In this document: piece by piece, positions 59,495 to 64,000 of the stretch
Layout of the letters: each line of letters starts with the position of its first letter
Position numbering within the stretch: the stretch's first letter is position 1
Assembly (NCBI GenBank): GCA_045611765.1
Contig: JAZKXT010000006.1
Coordinates: 32,203 to 96,202 of the forward strand
Length of the DNA stretch: 64,000 bases
DNA from: Clostridia bacterium
GTDB lineage: Bacteria > Bacillota > Clostridia > TANB77 > CAG-465
Reading direction: 5' to 3'
Notes under the pieces: model-generated
Database searches by the model: none
What the model saw: the letters and a program-made list of their open reading frames with translations, nothing else
Told to the model about the DNA's origin: nothing
Position numbers and translations under genes: made by a program

Positions 59495-61249
59495 ATGGCC
59501 TCTGCTTTTAAAAATAGTTCAGGTTCAATAGGTATACTTGCAAATAATAATATAGCTTTTGCTAATAGTGAAGGCGGCATACAACCATTAACTCGTGTTA
59601 TACAAGGTACACGTTACTCTATTGTGTTTAACGGCAAATTATATAATGTTGAAAGCATTAAAGAGGATTTAAAAAATAGCGGTTATGAATTTTTAACAGG
59701 TTGCAATGCTGAAGCTGTACTTTTAGCATACATAGAATATGGTGAAGAGTCTGTAAAGCTTCTTGATGGAATTTTTTCTTTCGCCATTTATGATGCCTCA
59801 AAAGAAAAACTGTTCATAGCAAGGGATAAACTAGGTATATCCCCCTTTTACTATTACAACAATGGTTCCTTTGTCTTTGCAACAGAAATAAAAGCTATTC
59901 TAAAGCACCCCGATGTGTCTGCCAGAGTTGGAAGAGACGAACTGTGCGAAATATTTGGCTTGGGTCCAGCTCATAGCCCGGGTAAAACTTTCTTTAAGGG
60001 AATATATGAAATTATGCCAGGTCATTATGGTCTGTATTGCAATCATGAACTTAAAATGTATAAATATTGGGATTTAGAAACCAATGAAGTTCTAGATACT
60101 GTAGAGGAAAGTATATCTAAAGTAAAAGAGCTTGTAAGTAATTCTTTGAAAAAACAATTAATTTCTGATGTGCCAATATGTTCTATGCTTTCTGGCGGTC
60201 TTGACTCAAGCGTACTTGCTTGTTTGGCGTCAAAAGAAAAAGAGGACCTTGCAACGTTTTCAATAGATTTCGAAGGAAACGAAACAAATTTTGCAGGTAC
60301 AGATTACCAGCCTACAAGAGACAGTGATTTCGTCATAATCATGAAAGACTTGCTAAAGACTAATCATACAAATCTGTATTTTTCTACCGATGAGATATAT
60401 AACAACCTTAAAGAGGCTATGCTTGCCCGTGAAATGCCAGGTATGGCAGATGTTGACTCTTCTATGTTGGTATTTTGCAGAAAAATAAAAGAATATGGAT
60501 ATGATGCGGCAATATCTGGTGAGTGTTCTGATGAAATATTTGGTGGTTATCCTTGGTATTATAAAGAACATTTAATTGCGTCTCCAACCTTCCCTTGGTC
60601 ACGTTCAATAGAAACAAGAAAGAATATACTAAATCCAAATTTAGTATCTCCAGAATATTTAGAAAATTATGTAGAAGCTGCATTCCAGGCTACTTCAAAT
60701 AACGTCGTATATAACAATTGTGATGAAATGGAAAATACTTTTAGAAAGACTTGTTATAACACAGTTAAATGGTTCATGAACACATTGGTTGAAAGAACAG
60801 TAAGAATATCTAATATGACTAAGCTAGATATTAGAGTTCCTTTTGCAGATTATAGAATATTTGAATATGTATATAATGTGTCTGCCAAATATAAATTAGG
60901 GCTAATTAACAGCAACGATACTCCAGTTGAAAAATATCTTCTTAGAAAAGCTTTTGAAAACGAACTACCACACGATGTTGTGTATAGAAAAAAATCTCCT
61001 TTTCCTAAAACGTATGACCCTAACTATACAAAGCTATTAGAAGATAGTTTAAAAGATATTATTAATAAATCTACTTCTCCACTACTAGAAGTAATAAATG
61101 TACGTTATCTATATGATATATTAGATACAAAAGGTGAAAACTTAAAAGAAAACTGGTTTGGCCAGCTTATGACATATCCACAAACTCTGGCATATCTAAT
61201 ACAAATTAACATGTGGCTTGAAGAGTATAATATTGAAATAGACATATAA
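59495..61249 (+). CDS. asnB: Asparagine synthetase (glutamine-hydrolysing) family protein. N-terminal boundary uncertain.
   Basis: PP-loop SGGLDSS. The glutaminase-domain sequence (CGICGY...) continues in frame upstream of the first Met, back to a stop at 59426-59428, with no canonical start codon before the Cys. Confidence 0.7.
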   Translation: MASAFKNSSGSIGILANNNIAFANSEGGIQPLTRVIQGTRYSIVFNGKLYNVESIKEDLKNSGYEFLTGCNAEAVLLAYIEYGEESVKLLDGIFSFAIYDASKEKLFIARDKLGISPFYYYNNGSFVFATEIKAILKHPDVSARVGRDELCEIFGLGPAHSPGKTFFKGIYEIMPGHYGLYCNHELKMYKYWDLETNEVLDTVEESISKVKELVSNSLKKQLISDVPICSMLSGGLDSSVLACLASKEKEDLATFSIDFEGNETNFAGTDYQPTRDSDFVIIMKDLLKTNHTNLYFSTDEIYNNLKEAMLAREMPGMADVDSSMLVFCRKIKEYGYDAAISGECSDEIFGGYPWYYKEHLIASPTFPWSRSIETRKNILNPNLVSPEYLENYVEAAFQATSNNVVYNNCDEMENTFRKTCYNTVKWFMNTLVERTVRISNMTKLDIRVPFADYRIFEYVYNVSAKYKLGLINSNDTPVEKYLLRKAFENELPHDVVYRKKSPFPKTYDPNYTKLLEDSLKDIINKSTSPLLEVINVRYLYDILDTKGENLKENWFGQLMTYPQTLAYLIQINMWLEEYNIEIDI

Positions 61250-61294
61250 CAATTAGCAGATAGCGATAGGCTATCTGCTAATTGTTCCTTTGTA

Positions 61295-63022
61295 CTACTT
61301 CTTAATTGGTATTGTAATGTAAAATGTTGTTCCTTTACCTTCTTCTGTCTCAAAAGTAATTTCTCCGCCAAACGCTCCCGTTATTACAGAATATGCTAGA
61401 TATAGGCCAAATCCTGTACCATTTACACCTTTAGTTGTAAGAATATTTTTACCAATATTATCTCTAATATGTTCTGGTATACCTCCCGCAAAATCTTCTA
61501 TTGAAATTACAGCATTGTTGTTTTTCTCATCTACAACAACATTTACTTCTCCACCTTTATCCTCATAAGCTTGCACAGCATTTACAATAATGTTCGTTAC
61601 AACTTGAGAAAGCTTCGCTGAGTTCCCTTTAACAATTAAATCTTTCTTTATATCTAGATTTAAATTTACTCTATGTTTTGTAAGTTCATTATGTATTATT
61701 ACAGATACGTCTTTTATAACTGATGTAATATTCACATCACTTACTTCATTACTTCCAATATTTCTTATTTGATTTCTTAAACTATTTGTAAGTGTTACAA
61801 TTTTATTTGCACAACTATCCATTCTCTCTACAAGCATTTTTTCATCATCTGTCTGTGCTGTAGATTTAAATATTAATAGCCCACTCTTTATTGCAGATAT
61901 TGGAGTATTTATATCATGAGCAACACCCCCAGCAAGTTCTCCTAGCATTACTAAAGATTCGTTTTTAAGCATGGCTTCCATATCTTTTTTAGCTTGTGTA
62001 ACATCACGAAGAAGTATAAGTGTTGCTACATATTCTGTACCATCTTTAGACTTAACTGGTTGGAAATCCACTTCAAAGTACTTATCATAGGCACCTTTTT
62101 CTATGTGATATTCTTTAGTAATAGTTGTTTCTTTTTCTACTGCTTCTGCTATATCTTTTTGTATATCAGTAAGACTTATAAAATCCACAGATTTTAAGAT
62201 ATCAAAAAGGTTGTCCTTGTTTTTTATCTCGCCAAACGCTTTAAATTTCTCTACGAATGTTTTATTTAAATCTGCTATTGTTCCATCTTCACTTATTACT
62301 ACGAAAGCATCACTCATGTTATCTACTATAGCTTTTAGCGTTACTGGTATTATGTTTAATGCTTTTAATCTAAATATTGCTATATAGAAACATACTGCAG
62401 TAACAGTATATGTAATGGGCATTATATACACATTACTATCTATAATTTTCAAAGCTCCCAATGCATTAAATACTACAGGAACTAAAGCTCCTAAAAGTAC
62501 TAAGGCTGTTTGTACGGAGAAAAATCCCGACTGTTTTACTGTCTTTACTGTTATAAGTGTAAAAGATATTAATACTAATGTATACGAATACACCATAAAT
62601 ACATATAGCATCGGTCCAAAAACTGTTGCAGCAAAATCTGTTGAATACTCTATGTAAAATAAATTATGCCAATCATTTGTCCAAAGAAATCCTAAAAGAA
62701 TTATTGGAACTAGGTATAACCAACTAACCTTTTGCGTATTAGCATTCTTATTTTTAAATACAACGGCTATTACCATAAGTTCAACAGCAGTAAACATTGC
62801 TCCTATATATGTTATATATTCAAAATAAATTGGTTTTATATTCGTTTTAGACATCAATATTTGTAGAGCTAATCCTAATATATGTATACAGAATAATATA
62901 TCTAGTATTATAAAATGATTATGTAATTTATTTCTTTTCTCTATTTTTAACAATGAATAAATTAATACTATAAGTATTATAAATGCCATTGTTAATATTA
63001 AAAATGTTGAATTAATTGTCAT
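61295..63022 (-). CDS. Sensor histidine kinase with about 7 N-terminal TM helices
   Basis: HisKA-like H box (ELAGGVAHDINTPISAIKSG), HATPase_c (GTGFGLYLAYSVI), PAS-like linker. Confidence 0.8.
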   Translation of the reverse strand: MTINSTFLILTMAFIILIVLIYSLLKIEKRNKLHNHFIILDILFCIHILGLALQILMSKTNIKPIYFEYITYIGAMFTAVELMVIAVVFKNKNANTQKVSWLYLVPIILLGFLWTNDWHNLFYIEYSTDFAATVFGPMLYVFMVYSYTLVLISFTLITVKTVKQSGFFSVQTALVLLGALVPVVFNALGALKIIDSNVYIMPITYTVTAVCFYIAIFRLKALNIIPVTLKAIVDNMSDAFVVISEDGTIADLNKTFVEKFKAFGEIKNKDNLFDILKSVDFISLTDIQKDIAEAVEKETTITKEYHIEKGAYDKYFEVDFQPVKSKDGTEYVATLILLRDVTQAKKDMEAMLKNESLVMLGELAGGVAHDINTPISAIKSGLLIFKSTAQTDDEKMLVERMDSCANKIVTLTNSLRNQIRNIGSNEVSDVNITSVIKDVSVIIHNELTKHRVNLNLDIKKDLIVKGNSAKLSQVVTNIIVNAVQAYEDKGGEVNVVVDEKNNNAVISIEDFAGGIPEHIRDNIGKNILTTKGVNGTGFGLYLAYSVITGAFGGEITFETEEGKGTTFYITIPIKK

Positions 63023-64000
63023 TTGTTATCCCCTTTTATAAAATTTATTTTTTCCAGATATTTAATATATTTAATAATATACTCTTCATCTATTTTTGGC
63101 CATTCAAATCCTAAAAGTTCTAATACTTTTATTGTGAAATCTGATTTGATTACTGTGTTTGGTGTATAATCTAATTCTTTATTTCTATTCAAATCTTGGA
63201 TTATTCCTTTTACCTTTTCATAGCCATTCTCCTCTTTAGAATAAAAAGCTATAAGTTCTGTCATTTGTCTTTTGCTAATATGTTTCAACTTATAATTTAA
63301 ATTATTAAGTGCTCTATCTAGTTCTGACATAATTATATGATTATGATTAAATAAGTGATATGTATTGTAGTTTCCTTTTACTGTAGCAAGTAAACATATC
63401 GCTTTCGCTGCTAAGTCTATAGGTGTAAATTCAACATTAAAATCTAATAAATTCTTAGGAAGTACTCCTAAATCTATTATCGTTTTTAATCTGTTAGCAA
63501 AAGCATTTTCCTCAACATTTGGTTGAAACATACCATCAGTAATTCTACTAGTCAAATTACCCATTCTAATCACAATAGCATCTAAGCCTTTTAATATATA
63601 TTCATACACTGATTTTTCTCCTAAAAACTTAGTATATGCATATACATTATCTAGGTTCTGTCCTATATATAAATTTGTTTCATTAAATATCGTTCCCTTT
63701 GCAATATCAACTTGTTCTATTTGTCCAACTTCTAAAATATTTCCAGAAACACTAAGTGTTGATATATGTATCAATTTCTTATTATTCTCTAAAGCAAATT
63801 GAGCTAAATTATCTATCCCGAAATAATTTATCTTTTTAAATATTTCTATATTTCCATAGTGCTTAACATAGGCTGCAGAGTTAATAATTATTTCTACATC
63901 ATTTTTAATTAGCTCTAAATCTTCCTGATTGTTAACAATATTTTCTAAAACAATATCGCCATCAATTGTTATAATTCTTTTATCAAATAATTCATCATAT
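63019..64000 (-). CDS. SDR-family thioester-reductase/epimerase-like protein, partial (N-terminus beyond window end)
   Basis: Frame open to the window edge. IINSAAYVKHYGN ... HISTLSV ... YAYTKFLGEK (YxxxK) resemble NRPS terminal reductase / male-sterility domain proteins. 4-nt overlap with the HK gene. Confidence 0.5.
   Translation of the reverse strand, partial: YDELFDKRIITIDGDIVLENIVNNQEDLELIKNDVEIIINSAAYVKHYGNIEIFKKINYFGIDNLAQFALENNKKLIHISTLSVSGNILEVGQIEQVDIAKGTIFNETNLYIGQNLDNVYAYTKFLGEKSVYEYILKGLDAIVIRMGNLTSRITDGMFQPNVEENAFANRLKTIIDLGVLPKNLLDFNVEFTPIDLAAKAICLLATVKGNYNTYHLFNHNHIIMSELDRALNNLNYKLKHISKRQMTELIAFYSKEENGYEKVKGIIQDLNRNKELDYTPNTVIKSDFTIKVLELLGFEWPKIDEEYIIKYIKYLEKINFIKGDNK

Noticed and set aside
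1-64000. CRISPR arrays, rRNA operons, IS transposases, prophage structural genes
   Set aside because: No regularly spaced direct repeats, no rRNA-like conserved stretches and no DDE transposase or phage capsid/terminase-like ORFs were seen. Mobile-element signals are limited to the recombinase with inverted repeats and the Rpn-like gene.

Overview
AT-rich (roughly 28-30% GC) chromosomal segment that looks like a Clostridia-type Firmicute, with compact, mostly co-directional gene blocks. In order it contains the following. (1) The tail of a surface-polysaccharide locus at 1-4471: partial GT4, Wzy/ligase-like membrane protein, GT2, and a split Alg14-like/Alg13-like glycosyltransferase pair. (2) A long + strand housekeeping run at 4553-14879: M50 protease, tsaD, phosphoesterase, two small unusual ORFs, rpmE, HAD hydrolase, prmC, a short WhiA-like protein, hemW, polA, slt. 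(3) A roughly 3 kb terminator-bounded island with higher GC at 14894-17951: a divergently transcribed unknown gene, an MBL-fold hydrolase, a Zn-ribbon protein, an ImmA/IrrE-like protein with a degenerate HEXXH, and another unknown. (4) A MacB-type fused ABC transporter carrying a roughly 600-aa extracytoplasmic domain, followed by yebC and a membrane-anchored thermonuclease. (5) A roughly 770 bp segment bounded by about 24-29 bp inverted repeats and sitting directly against a tyrosine recombinase gene, which I read as a candidate invertible (phase-variation) switch. (6) The clpX-clpP-tig block. (7) A split cyclic-beta-1,2-glucan-synthase-like system: a 1844-aa multi-TM GT84-like protein translationally coupled to a 705-aa GH94-like phosphorylase. 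(8) The iscS-ileS-gltX-rnj cluster with no room for T-box leaders, then pnuC, a lone tRNA-Trp, rho, rimO, and thrS carrying a clear T-box leader. (9) An Rpn/YhgA-like PD-(D/E)XK nuclease with in-frame 12-bp tandem repeats, then queH and ruvB without ruvA. (10) Two tandem tiny transmembrane protein genes (one Gly/Cys-rich and YjcZ-like, absent from the ORF track), then fba, an asnB-family gene whose conserved Cys lies upstream of any start codon, a 7TM sensor histidine kinase and a partial SDR/thioester-reductase-like gene running off the window. I found no CRISPR arrays, rRNA or obvious transposases. All functional calls rest on motif recognition from the translated ORFs, not on database searches.
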